From the human T2T-CHM13v2.0 reference genome, Homo sapiens, in the NCBI RefSeq assembly GCF_009914755.1, contig NC_060926.1: a stretch of DNA of 64,000 bases; one strand, written 5' to 3'. The notes beneath the pieces are model-generated. The model was not told the DNA's origin and ran no database searches. It saw nothing but the letters and a program-made list of their open reading frames with translations. Of the stretch, positions 25,444-39,365 are shown piece after piece. Within the stretch, counting starts at the first letter, position 1. Every line of letters starts with the position of its first letter. Made by a program: the position numbers and the translations under genes.

Positions 25444-27210
25444 TTGAGAATCAATTGAGGATAGAAACTATAAGGGATAGAATTAAAGGATTTGGGAACT
25501 GAAAGAGAAAATGTGCTGGAGAAATATTTAGGAGGTAGAAATTGTTACTATTACTTCATTTAAACATATAATTTCTTTGTACCTTTTATCTTTGAACAAT
25601 CTTCCAAAGCAGTTGCCCAGGTCCTGGGTTGCTATAGGGAATGAAACAGTTATCCTAGAGATATGCATGGTCACCACTGTTTAAATCTCAGGTGAGTCTG
25701 CCTCATCATCTACAGCATCAAATCTGTGTCTTCTATGATTCCAATTTCAGCTCTCCTAAATGAGACCAGGGACCAATAGCTAGAGCTCAGAAATCATTTT
25801 CTAGTTAAACATGACTCTATTTAAAAATTATGCATAGCCTTGAAACTAAATGATGGATTTAAACTTTCTAAAGGAGTTCCATTTTAATAGTCTATAGAGA
25901 GTTCTGAAATTATCTTTACTCAGGTACCTTTGTGGTTTGAGTTCTAAATCTCTAAATTACTAAAACTCAAATTATCTAAAAATATACTTCCAGGTTTTTT
26001 ATTTTGAGGCTATAAATTTTACCTTGAGCTATACCTCTTCTATATTTTCATTTATTCATATTATCATTTGAATTAGTCTTCATGAAGGCATGGCCATTAG
26101 TAAATATTCCTTAAAAATTTAAACAATTCACAAGCGTAAAGTAATTGTGTAGTTGTTTACAAAATTGGTGAACTCTGTAATGTTTGTGAAGTATTTTTCT
26201 TCTTTTGATTTTACAAGATCAGAATACAGTTTTAAAACAATTGCTATTTTAGCATTTATAAGTTAAAAATGCCCCAAATGTCCAAGTCTCTCATAAAGAG
26301 TACTAATGAACTTCCCAATGAACATATATTTTTTTGATTATAAAATTTGGGATACAGAAGTATAATTGAAAAATTCCAAAAAGTATAATTCTGTATGAAA
26401 CTTTCTGTTTTGGCTTATTTTGTTTCAAGCAGCAGAATGGCTGCATAATATGGCAGTGTAAATTGGGGCACATGGGAGACAGAACAAGCATGGATGAAAG
26501 CAGAGCCAGACAAGGGCAGAAACAATCAGGATCCTCCAGGAGCCCAGTCGATGCAGAGACATGCATTCTTATCTTCAAGTCTTTAGAGATAGCCTCTGGG
26601 GATAGGAGTCCCACCAAAATGGAAGGGCAAAGTCAAACCTTAAAGGAATCCACCACAGCCTTAAGTGCAGTTTACTAAAATCTTGGACTCCAGTTTTAAC
26701 AAATAAATTGGCTTCTCTTCAATCTACATGCTGGGAGATAAGATGTATTTTGATTCCATACGATATATTAGTTCATTTGTCTACGAAATAAATAAACTGG
26801 GGAAAGATGTTGAAACACTTTATCACAGGTGGATACATTCTGAAGAGGTTAAATTGGATTCACCTAAAGATAACTCAGAAATTCAAATACTGATTTAGAT
26901 CAACCCCGCAGCTGCTTAAAATTAAAATAATGGTGATGATAACAACAACAATAATATAATAATTGAATTTGTACTCCCCTAACATGAAACCTCAATTTCT
27001 GGGTTGCTCCCTGCTACTATGGGTACAGACAGGAATTACTTCTTTACAACTTCTGAGAGAGAATGGTTTCAGTTATAGTCTTATAATTTAATTAATTTTC
27101 CTTCTTTCTGAAGATCCCTTTATTGGAACTGAAGAACACATCTCCTTTATTAAATAAATGCATATCTTTCTTCTACAATATTGTCCTGTCCCAAAACTTC
27201 AATTATTTTT

Positions 27211-27213
<3 letters not shown>

Positions 27214-27246
<33 letters not shown>

Positions 27247-27534
27247 AGACAGGGCCTTGGTCTTTTGCCCAGGCTGGGGTGCAGTGGTGCCATTACAGCT
27301 CAGTGCAGCATCCAAATCCTGGGCTTAGGCAATCCCCTCCTGCCTCAATCTCCTGAGCAGCTGGGACCAAAGGCATGCACCACCACACTTGGCTATTTTT
27401 AATTTTTTTGTTGTTGTTGAAATGGTGTCTCACTATGTTGCACAGGCTAGCATCAAACTCCTGGGTTCAAACGATCCTTCTGCCTCAGACTCCCAAAGTG
27501 CTGGGATTACAGGCATGAGCCATGGCACCTGGCC
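27214..27534 (-). mobile_element. AluJ with a long pure T tract
   Basis: Diverged dimer with J-type ctcactatgttg and aactcctgggttcaaacgatcct. Confidence 0.9.
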
Positions 27535-29869
27535 TCATATTTTCTAAAAACAGCTTAGTAAACATGTTAGATAATGAAAGTTCTAAGTATCTTGCTAGCA
27601 ATAAAGATGTCATTTTATCTTCCTATAATTGCCCAAGCCATGCTGAAATAGGGAAATAGAGGATGAACTCTTCCTTTCTTATTTAGTTTTTTTTACTTTC
27701 CAATTTATTTTCCATAAAAGTCAATTTGAGCATGGACTGGTTAGTTTTTTGTTGGATTATTTTTAAAAACGATGTGTCTTTTTGACTAATTAAGTTGCAG
27801 TATATGTAATCAGCAAAAAACATCTATATGTTGAATGATGACTATTGTAGACTGTCATAATCAACAGCTGAGGCCAAATTCTGTTTACTGATTGCATGAC
27901 CCAAATCCTCCAAGATTATTTTACATGTTGGTAAATGAAGATATCCTAACAAAAATATAGTGAATTTAACATAAAATGACAGCCTTGAAATTGAATGATT
28001 AGATAAAATAAGTGTTCATTGCTTTAGATATAAAATAAAGAAATAAAGGTTTCTTTTTTTAAAAAGAAAATATAACAGTCAAATTTATTTTGTATACTCT
28101 TTAAGTTCCAAAGCATCATTAAGATCAGTGATAAGACTGTTTCTGTGGTTCAATTCACAGATAGCACAGGAATATCCAGTGGCTGGAGGAAAAATGGTTG
28201 AAAAAACATTTTTTCCCTTTGAATGGGTGGGTAATGTGGTTCATCTTCTAAATAGTTTCATATATTCAAACAAAAAAATGGGACTCATGGCAAACTGCTA
28301 TTATTACGAATCTGGTTTATAACGAAATTGGGTGACATTAAGCTCCTGAGGATATTTTAGGTCCATTTTCCGGAAAGGAGATCAACAGATAAATAATGAG
28401 GAAGGACCTAAAAAGCAAAACAAATAATGTTTTTGCTACATTTCCTCACTTAGATTATCTATGTTTTTAATAAAGTCTATATTTTATACCATTCCTACTA
28501 GTTTCGTTCTCATATGATTTGTAAATATTTGTGATTTTCATCTCAAACCATCAGCCAATATCCTGGTTAAATAAAAAGTGATTACAATTCTAATGATTAT
28601 GGTTCATTTAGAAAGCTGAAAAGCAGTTTGAAAAAAAAGTTTCAGAAGAAATAAATTTCATAAAAGTCACAGTACCAAAATATCAGTTACGCAAATAGTT
28701 TCAGTTTTTATTGTAAATCAATGTTCCTGTTTTTTCTGTTGTATCTGTAACACCTTTCAAATCTTTTGAAATACATCAGGTTGTTAGAAGTTTTTCATAA
28801 ACTCGTCTCTAAAAGCTTATATATGATTTTCTTAAAATAATAAAAAAATTGTGGAATTCATCAGGTTTACACAAAGAGTTAATACAGAGCTCTGGAATAG
28901 AATTTCACAACAATTCCCCATAGCTATCTTCTGCACACCAAACACTTAGGAGACTAGTTACTGTGAGTTTCTAGTTACTCTTCCACAAGTAACTAGTAAC
29001 TAGTACTGTGAGACTAGTTACTCTTCTATGTCCAAAATGGAAGAATTATATTATAGCTGTGTGAATAAATCTATTGAAACTGAAGTTAAAATACCTTCAG
29101 TATTTCAGAAAAGGAATGCCCAGTTAGACTGATGTAGATTTATGAATGAAGGTTATTATTCTCAAATAGAGAAACTTCAAGTAAAATGGATATCTTGTTT
29201 TTACTACTGAAAGCACAAATTCTGAGAGCTAGTTCTATGAAAGAATTAAAATTTTTAAAAAGTACAAAAGGAAAAAAGGCAGATATTCAGTACATTAGGT
29301 ACAAATGAAGAAAACTAATTGAATATAGAGGTATTAAGGTAACATGAAAGGGATAAATGAGGTAATAACTGACTTAAATTACATGCAGTATTTTTAGATT
29401 TAAATTTAAAATTCTTATCTGTAGAATTTGCTTGATGAACAAATATTTGTAGATTTCCTTCTTTTAAATGCAGTGTCCTTAACTAATGTTATTTAATTGT
29501 ATTTCATTTACAATCCAAACTTTAAAAACATCTATCATAACAAAAGCCTGTCTTACCACTTTCATTTTTTTCCAACCAAAAAGAACAACAACAAGGAAAA
29601 GCTAGATTTGGATAAAAAGAAAATTGGATATGTTTTCCTCTTGAGTCCAGATCCTTATGAAAAAAATAAGCAAAAGTATATTTTTCAGCAGGATTAATTT
29701 TATAAAAAACACTGTTTTATGGTATATAGACAAAAAGCAATATCAAATAGCAAATGGAAGTTTTGAGAGATGGAATCATCACTTTTCCTGTCTTTTTAGT
29801 GAATTTTGGCATTTCTAACATGTAAGATCACTGTTTACCAAAACTTAATGAGCTAAAAACCAATTTTAT

Positions 29870-30096
29870 AAAAGGGTACAAAGTTTCAATTATGGAGGAC
29901 AGATATGTTCTGTAGATCTATGTGTACAACATAGATAATAATATTGTATTGTATACTTGAAATTTTTAGGAGAGTAGATCTTAAATGTTCTCACCAAACC
30001 AAAGTAAATGGTAACTATGTGAGGTAATAGATATGTTAATTAACTTTAATTTGATAGTCATTTCACAGTTTAGACATATATCAAAGCATAACATTG
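29870..30096 (+). mobile_element. L1MA8-10-like 3' end
   Basis: aaagggtacaaagtttca...gagagtagatcttaaatgttctcacca...ggtaactatgtgaggt. Confidence 0.85.
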
Positions 30097-30570
30097 AAAG
30101 ACACATGCATACATATGTTTTTTGCAGCACTATTCACAATAGCAAAGACTTGGAACCAACCCAAATGTCCAACAACGATAGACTGGATTAAGAAAATGTG
30201 GCACATATACACCATGGAATACTACGCAGCCATAAAAAATGATGAGTTCATGTCCTTTGTAGGGACATGGATGAAGCTGGAAACCATCATTCTCAGCAAA
30301 CTATCGCAGGGACAAAAAAAACAAACCCTGCATGTTCTCACTCATAGGTGGGAATTGAACAATGAGAACACATGGACACAGGAAGGGGAACATCACACAC
30401 TGGGGCCTGTTGTGGGATGGGGGGAGGGGAGAGGGATAGCATTAGGAGATATACCTAATGTTAAATGATGAGTTAATGGGTGCAGCACACCAACATGGCA
30501 CATGTATAGATATGTAACTAACCTGCACGTTGTGCACATGTACCCTAAAACTTAAAGTATAATTAAAAAA
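30097..30570 (+). mobile_element. L1PA4-like 3' fragment
   Basis: ORF 30094-30468 is the ORF2 C-terminus; ggggcctgttgtgg and cctaatgttaaatga diagnostics; no TSD found. Confidence 0.9.
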
Positions 30571-32149
30571 TATATATACCTCAAAAAAGAGAAAATAGAA
30601 AGTAAAAATGATAAAAGAGATAATTTTATTTAAAAATTGATTACCATGGAATGGAAGCCAGAGCAGTATCGCATAGGTTTCCAAGAGATGTTAGGAGATT
30701 ATCTTATAATAATTTTAATGTATGCATTTTTAATAATATCATTTTAATCATTATTAAACAGAGTAATAATAAACAGATCATTTATAGGTTAATATATCAT
30801 TTAGAAATCTTCTAAGTTGCTTTTTCTTTATGGAATATTTTCAAGATGTTTAAAGTCATATGTACTAATATTTTAAAATGCATGCAATTCATCTTATATT
30901 AATTTAAATATATATAATATAATAAAAGTACACATGAGTTTGTGGTTTACTTTTGACTAACATTGGAAATAATTAGTATATGATTTATTGTGAGTTGATA
31001 TGAATATACATGCAGAGAGGTTTGCAAATTTGATTTTTTTTCCTTTTAACATTTTCATGCTTTTTAAAAATCATGCCTGGAGTATGATGATATTTATTTT
31101 TTTCCTGAGTTTTTGAGGAAAATCTTCAACCAGTCATTCTGAAAAGAAAAATGTTTTTAGGATTTTCAGCATTACTGTCAATATTCTTTCTATTTGTACT
31201 AGTTGCAAATAGGCATGTGTTTCCACAAATCTATATTTTCTATGAGATGTGTTTGAATAGATGTGACTCACAAAGAATTATTCCCTTGGTAAGAAACAGC
31301 AGGCTATGTAGATGGAGAAGTGAGCTGCCTGTATGGCAGCTCTTGAGTGGCAATCTGGAAGGACTATCTTCTCAGAGATTCTCTCCATCCAGCTGCCATG
31401 ATGCTGGTCTGCAACAAGCCATGTGACAACTCAGGTTTTGAACCCTCTGCTCTTTTCCCGTACTCTCATTGGGAGGAGATGGTTGGGACTATAGCACAAA
31501 ATATAAGAGATGAAGCCTCAGAAATTAGTACCTGAGTGTCTTCCTCCAAAGGGCTCTCATTTCAGAGGAACATTCTTAACACAGAAGGCAGAACTCTGGC
31601 AGAAGGTAGGCAAGTGACAAGGAAAATACATTAGATAGTGACAAAGTAGGCAAGTGATGGTAATGACAAGTGACAAGGTAGGCAAGTGAAGATAGCCAAG
31701 ACAAGGAAAAAGGAAAGGAAATGGGAAAAAATGTTCAATGGAGAAAACAAATGAAATTATAAAGATTGTAAATAAAGGACATAAAAGTGGAAAATATTTA
31801 ACAGAATAAAGCAATAACTGAATGAAAGACAAGAGAGATAAAAGACATATGAAGTATAGTGAAAAGTGTTAATTAGAAATAAGCATAGATGGCAATTATG
31901 TAAAATATAATGAAAAATATGCAGTAGAAATAAATTCGGGTGACAATTATTCATATATTTTGTATAATTTTAGTAAAATACCTTGTTTTTCAATTATTCT
32001 GAATTGAAGACAATATTTTCAGTGAAACATGCCATTGTTTTTGTACTAATTTGGAAGATAGTTAATTTGTTTCCTTTAATTTTGAGAATATCTAGCACTT
32101 ACTAATAGCTTATGGTAGAATAGACAATTTTTATGCTTGATATGTAATC

Positions 32150-32335
32150 ACACATATATTTATGTATGTGTTCATCACAACAGTCCTAGGAAGTAGGCAA
32201 CACTATTGTCTATACCTTTCAGAGGAGGACACCAAAGCCGTGATGGGATAACTAAATTGCTAGATATCACATAAGTTGCAAGTGTCAAAACCAAAGTTTG
32301 CTCTGGCAATCTGGCTTCAGAGATAATGTTCTTAG
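32150..32335 (-). mobile_element. MIR
   Basis: tcatcacaacagtcctaggaagtagg...cagaggaggacaccaaag...caatctggcttcagag. Confidence 0.7.
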
Positions 32336-33805
32336 CATATTGATGCTAAAATAACAGGCTGTCTTTGAAGAACTGGTAATTACTACATACCTATAATTTT
32401 CTTATCATTATTTTATTTTTAAATAGTTAACCATTTTTTCACTAGGTTTAAAATTACCAACTGTCTCCACAAATATATATTTTACATTTGCAGATATTGC
32501 ATGCTTAAAATCAGATAAAAATGTGTAGTCTTTGTTTTAAAAAGCATATCTAAAGCCTAAAGTTTAAGCAATGTTAAATATTAGCATGACTTGAGTTGGA
32601 ATAAATTGATTTTAAATTGACATTTTAGATTATTTTCTTATGAAAGCCCATTGTTAATAATAATTCCTATTGGCAATGAACTAGATCCTTTTAAAATATT
32701 TGTGAAGAATTCTGAATTAACAGTAAACCACATAAGCTGATACTGAATTGTGTATTTTTTTTTCTTTTTCAGCTTTTACCAATTTTGAGTAGATTTTAAG
32801 GAAGAGAGAAACAGGTACCCTTTTTTATGGTAACTATGATCTGAAGAAAAATCTTTATCATCATTGTAAGATCTTTAAAAAATAAACCTGTGTTGTGTGT
32901 TTAAAATATTTTCTTTTACAAGGGCAAATTTTGAGCCAGTATTTTAAAATAGAGTCTTATTTTCAAAAATCTATAATTAATTTATAACTTTTAATTTTGA
33001 TGTAATTTCAAAACACAGGGAATTTTGCAAGCATAGTACAAGAAATCCTATTTTCCCTTTACCCAGAGTCATGAATTGTTTACATTTTTCCTCACTTGTT
33101 TTAGTATTTTATGAACACACATGCACAAACACACACACACACGTATATAAGCATGTATATATATATATATGTTATATTTTTTCTGAACTTTGTAAGAGAA
33201 GGTAGAAATATATGTCTTTCCCTTTAAAAATTTAAATGAATATTCCTAAAAAGGACATTCTTTTACCTAACCACGATATAGTTATCAAAATCAGAAAATT
33301 TAACAATGTTATGATACTATTATCTAATCCAGAGTCCATATGGAAATGTCATCAATTTTTGAGCCTTCTATCCAAACCAAAATCACACTTTTTATTAAAT
33401 TATTATAACTAGTGTCCTTAAATCTGAAACAGTCTCTCAGCCTTTGTATTTCCTGAAAATGACTTTTTTTTTTTTAAGATAACAGGCCAATTGTTTTGTA
33501 AAAAATTTTCAGTTATTCTACTGTTTCTTCCCAATTAGAATGAGGTCAAGTATTTTGGGCAATAATACTACTGAAGGGAGACTGTGTCTCTCAGTGAATC
33601 TTCTCAGAGGTGTCTGATGTAGGTTCTCTCAATACTAATGATGTTGGTTTAGATCATTCAGATGATCTAAGTATCCTCCAGGTTTCACCATTGTAAACTT
33701 ACTTTTTTTTTTCAATATTAAGTATTTTCTTGGAAGATACTTTGACACTCTACATATTTCCTGCTCATCATCAAACTTTTTCCCACTAGTATTAGCATCT
33801 GTGTG

Positions 33806-34010
33806 TTTTTTTAATGTTATTTTAGATGCAGGAATTACATGTGCAGCTTTGTTTATGGGAATATTATCTGATGCCAGGGTTTGTGGTAGGGATCCCATCA
33901 CTCTGGTAGTGAGCATGGTACCAGATAGGTAGTTTTCTTAACCCAGCTCCTCCCTCTGCACTCTAGTAGTCCTCAGTGTCTATAGTTCTCATATTTATTT
34001 CCATGTATCA
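33806..34010 (-). mobile_element. L1PA16-like 3' tip
   Basis: tacatgtgcagctttgtttatgggaatatt...gtagtgagcatggtaccagataggtagtttt...ctctagtagtcctcagtgtcta. Confidence 0.85.
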
Positions 34011-34114
34011 TAAATGTCATATTGATACCTCCAATTGCCACTCAACACCAGAGGACACATTCTAGTCTTTGCTCTTTCTGTTTCCAACTCTCTTTACAAA
34101 CATGGAAAACATAG

Positions 34115-34423
<309 letters not shown>

Positions 34424-34480
34424 AGCTCCCACTATTTTTAAAATATTAATTCATTTCCTCAAGTCTAAAATACACTGAAA

Positions 34481-37400
34481 ATGAGGGGCTGTGAAATGCC
34501 TGACTAGAGGTACTGGGTACTCATCTCTTGCACAAAGAATAACCAAAACATTGAGGAATCACACTTCAAATAGATCATCTAAGAGAGAACCATGGACTTT
34601 AACAGAGAATTGCCAGGAAATGCCTAAAACAAGAAAGGAGAGGGAAGTGAAATAGCCTACTCTTTTGGAATCAGCTGGGAGCCCAGAGAGACTCTCCAGT
34701 ATAGGGAAAGGAAAATGAGTGATCCACAAAGGTCTACATTCCCACTACAGACACCTGCAATCTTAGCCATGAGAAAGCCCCTCAACCCTGTGGGCCCTGA
34801 GACTTACATAGGGAGCTGCCTGGAGAATGTGAAATGACATTGCTCCAGAGAAAGAGGTCACACTGGGTCCCACACAATCCCCAGTTCCTAAGCAGCCACA
34901 TAAACATGCCATTCTGGGAGCCCAGCCCACACCATACTGCTTCCTGCCTTGAAGCCCAATAGACCCTGCATTTCCACATCCCAGGAGCCTCACATTCCTG
35001 CTGCTGCTGGGACCAAAGCATAAACCAATGGCATTGACCCTGCTTCCCCCAAACAGCAGAGCAAACATGCATTGTAAATTCCCTGAGGACAGGCTACCCT
35101 GCTTATAACCACCAACTGAGGTTGAAATGCATGCTCCCTGAGCAGTGGCTGCTGCCACTGAAAACAAAACCTCTATCAGAGCTGCAGTGTAGCTACAGAA
35201 ACCCTGCCTGAGCATTTTGCTGAGGGCCTAGGGATCATTCTGCCCCTGCCTGTCATAGTCAGCTCTGCCATGCACCACTGGAGCCCTGATGACAAGCTTG
35301 CCAGGCCCAGCTCAACTCTAGCCCTATGCCTTAGCATTTATTTTTGAAATAGTCCAGTCAAACAAAATTTAAAATAAGAAAATGAACAAAATCTATATGA
35401 CATACAGGATACCATAAAGCACCCAAATATTTGAATTTAGGGGTCCGAAAAGTCTAAAAGAAAACTAAATGGATATACAGTCTTTTTGACAACATAATAG
35501 CTAAAATCCTCCCAATCTAGCAAGATGTTTATACATTCACATACAGGAGGCTAAGAAACCCCCAAATAGACACAATTCAAAGAGGTTTCCTCCCCAGGAC
35601 ATTATAGTCAAACTGTCAAAAGTCAAAGACAACGGGAGAATTCTAAAAACAGCAAGAGAAATATATCCAGTCATTTATAAGGGAACTCTATCAGGTTAAC
35701 AACAGATTTCTCAGCAGGAAACTTCCAAACCAGGAAAGAATGGGATGATATATTAAAAGAAAAAATATCATACCAACCAAATATACTACATCCAGCACAG
35801 TTATCCTTCATAAATGAACAAGATATAAAGTCTTTTCCAGACAAGCAAAAGCTGAGGCCATTCATCACCACTAAACTGGCCCTACGAGAAAGGCTTAAGG
35901 GAATTCTACACATGGAAGCAAAAGGATGATATCTAATATCTTGAAAATAGAAAAGTACAAAATCCACTCACAGGGTAAATACACAATTTTTTGAATTGGT
36001 GATGAGAAAGGGCTCAAATGTTAAAGAAAACTACCAAACCACAAAGATAAACAATAAGAGAGAAAGAAAGCAAAAAATAATACACAAAACAAACAGAAAT
36101 CAATTAATAAAATGACAGGGATAAGCTTTTACATATCAGCAATAACTTGAATGTAAATGAAATAAACTTTCCAGTTACAAATTATAGAATGGCTAAATGG
36201 AGAAAACAACACATGATTCACCTATATGCTGCCTACAAGAAACTCATCTCACCTATAAAGATACAAACAGATTGAAAGCAAAGGAACATAAAAAGTATTC
36301 TATACTAATGGAAACCAAAAGCGAGCAGAGAGTAACTATACTTATATCAAATAAAACAGACATTAAATACAAAATAAAAGAGAGATAATTATAAAATTAT
36401 CTTTATCACTATAACATAAAGGGATTAATTCAACAAGAGGATATAACAATTCTAAGCATATATGCAATCACACTAGACTACTTAGATATACAAAGCAAAT
36501 ATTGTTAGATATAAAGAGAGAAATAGACTCTAATAGAATAAGTGATGGTGACTTGGATATCACACTCTCAACATTAGGCACATCATGTAGTCAGAAAAAT
36601 AACAAAGTAATGTTACCAGCTCCTCTTTGTACCTCTGGTAGAATTTGGCTGTGAATCCGTCTGGTCCTGAGCTTTTTTGGGTTGGTAGGCTATTAACTAC
36701 TGCCTCAATTTCAGAACTTGTTATTGGTCTATTCAGGGATTTGACTTCCTGGTTTAGTCTTGGGAGGGTGTATGTGTCCAGGAATTCATCCATTTCTCCT
36801 AGATTTTCTAGTTTATTTGTGTAGAGGTGTTTATATTATTCTTTGATCGTAGTTTGTACTTCTTTGGGATCAGTGGTGATATCCCCTTTATCATTTTTTA
36901 TTGTATCTATTTGATTATTCTCTCTTCTCTATTAGTCTGGCTAGCAGTCTATTTATTCTGTTAATCTTTTCAAAAAAACAGCTTCTGGATTTATTGATCT
37001 TTGAAGAGTTTTTCATCTCTTTGTCTCCTTCAGCTCTGGTCTGATCTTAGGTATTTCTTGTCTTCTGCTAGCTTTTGAATTTGTTTGCTCTTGCTTCTCT
37101 AGTTCTTTTATTTGTTATGTTAGGGTGTCAATTTTAGATCTTTCCTACTTTCTCCTGTGGGCATTTAGTGCTATAATTTTCCCCGTATACACTGCTTTAG
37201 CTGTGTCCCAGAGATTGTGGCACATTGTGTCTTTGTTTTCATTGGTTTCAAAGAACTTATTTATTTCTGTCCTAATTTCATTATTTACCCAGTAGCCATT
37301 CAGGGGTATGTTATTCACTTTCCATGTAGTTGTGAGGTTTTGAGTGAGTTTCTTAATCCTGAGTTCTAATTTGATTGCACTGTGGTTTGAGAGACTGCTA

Positions 37401-39334
37401 TGATTTCCGTTCTTTTGAATATGCTGAGGGGTGTTTTACTTCCAATAATGTGGCTGATTTTAGAATAAGTGCTATGTAGTGTCAAGGAGAATGTATATTC
37501 TGTTTCTTTGGGGTGGACAGTTCTGTAGATGTCTATTAGGTCTGCTTGGTCCAGAGCTCAGTTCAAGCCCTGAATATCCTTGTTAATTTTCTGTCCCATT
37601 GATCTGTCTAATATTGACAGTGGGGTGTTAAAGTCTCTCACTGTTATTGTGTGGGAGTCTACGTCTCTTGGTAGGTCTCTAAGAACTTGCTTTGTGAATC
37701 TGGGTGCTCCTGTATTGGGTTCATATATATTTTGGATAGTTAGCTCTTCTTGTTGCATTTATCCCTTTACCATTATGTAATGCCCTAACTCATTTTATGA
37801 GGCCAGCATCATTCTGATATGAAAACACGGCAGAAACACACAAAAAAAGAAAATTTCAGGACAATATCCCTGATGAACATCGATGCAAAAATCCTCCATA
37901 AAATACTGGCAAGCCGAACCCAGCAGCACATTAAAAAGCTTATCCACTACGATCAAGTCAGCTTCATCCCTGGGATGCAAGGCTGGTTCAACGTATGCAA
38001 ATCAATAAATGTAATCCATCACATAAACAGAATCAATGACAAAAACCACATGATTATCTCAATAGATGCAGAAAAGACCTTTGATAAAATTCAACACCCT
38101 TTCATGCTAAAAACACTCAATAAGCTAGGTATAGATGGAACATATCTCAAAATAATAAGAGCTGTTTATGACAAACCCACAAGCAATATCATACTGAATA
38201 GGCAAAAGCTGGAAGCATTCCCTTTGAAAACCAGCACAAAACACGTATGCCATATCTCACCACTTCTATTCAACATAGTATTGGAAGTTCTGGCCAGGGC
38301 AACTAAGCAAAAGAAAGAAATAAAGGGCATTGAAATAGAAAGAGAAGAATCAAATCATCTCTGTTTGCAAACGACATGACTGTATATTTAAAAAAACCCA
38401 TCGTCTCAGACTAAACACTCCTTAAGCTGATAAGCAATGTCAGCAAAGTCTCAGGATACAAAATCAATGTGCAAAAATCACAAACATTCCTATATAAAAA
38501 TAATAGACAAACAGAGAGCCAAATCATGTGCGAACTCCCATTCACAATTGCTACAAAGAGAATAAAATGCCTAGGAATACAACTTACAAGTGATGTGAAG
38601 GACTTCTTCAAGGAGAACTAGAAATCACTATTCAAGAAAATAAGAGAGGACACAAACAAATGGAAAAACATTCCATGCTCATGGATAGGAAGAATCAATA
38701 CTGTGAAAACGGCCATACTGCCCAAAGTAATTCATAGATTCAATGCTATTCCCATCAAACTACCACTGACTTTCTTCACAGAATTAGAAAAAAACTACTT
38801 TAAATTTTATGTGGAACCAAAAAAAGCCCATATAGCCCAGACAATCCTAAGCAAAAAGAACAAAACTGGAGGCATCATGCTACGTGACTTCAAACTATAC
38901 TACAAGGCTACAGTAACCAAAACAGCATGGTACTGGTACAAAAAGAGATATATAGAGACCAATGGAACAGAAGAGAGGCCTCAGAAATAATGCTGAGCAT
39001 CTACAATCATCTGATCTTTGACAAACCTGACAAAAACAAACAATGAAAAAAGGATTCCCTATTTAATAAATGGTGTTGGGAAAACTGGCTAGCCATATGC
39101 TGAAAACTGAAACTGGACCCCTTTTTTACACCATATACAAAAATTAACTCAGGATGGATTAAAGATTTAAATGTAAGACCTAAAACCATAAAAACCCTAG
39201 AAGGAAATCTAAGCAATACCATTCAGGACATAGGCATGGGCAAACACTTCATTAGTAAAAAACCAAAACCAATTGCAACAAAAGCCAAAATTGACAAATG
39301 GGATGTAATTAAACTAAAGCGCTTCTGCACAGCA

Positions 39335-39365
<31 letters not shown>

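Noticed and set aside
26430-26678. Purine-rich 71-aa ORF after a possible acceptor
   Set aside because: No downstream donor and no recognisable homology; it cannot be supported beyond a chance ORF.
31322-31342. 8-bp perfect hairpin GAGCTGCC-tgtat-GGCAGCTC (similar cases at 45571 and 58324)
   Set aside because: Short enough to be expected by chance in 64 kb.
34763-35215. 150-aa minus ORF
   Set aside because: It lies in the GC-richer L1MA 5'UTR and has no recognisable domain.
37819-38379. 186-aa ORF with reverse-transcriptase motifs, the longest in the window
   Set aside because: It is a fragment of L1PA7 ORF2 bounded by an inversion junction and a frameshift, not a gene or an active L1.
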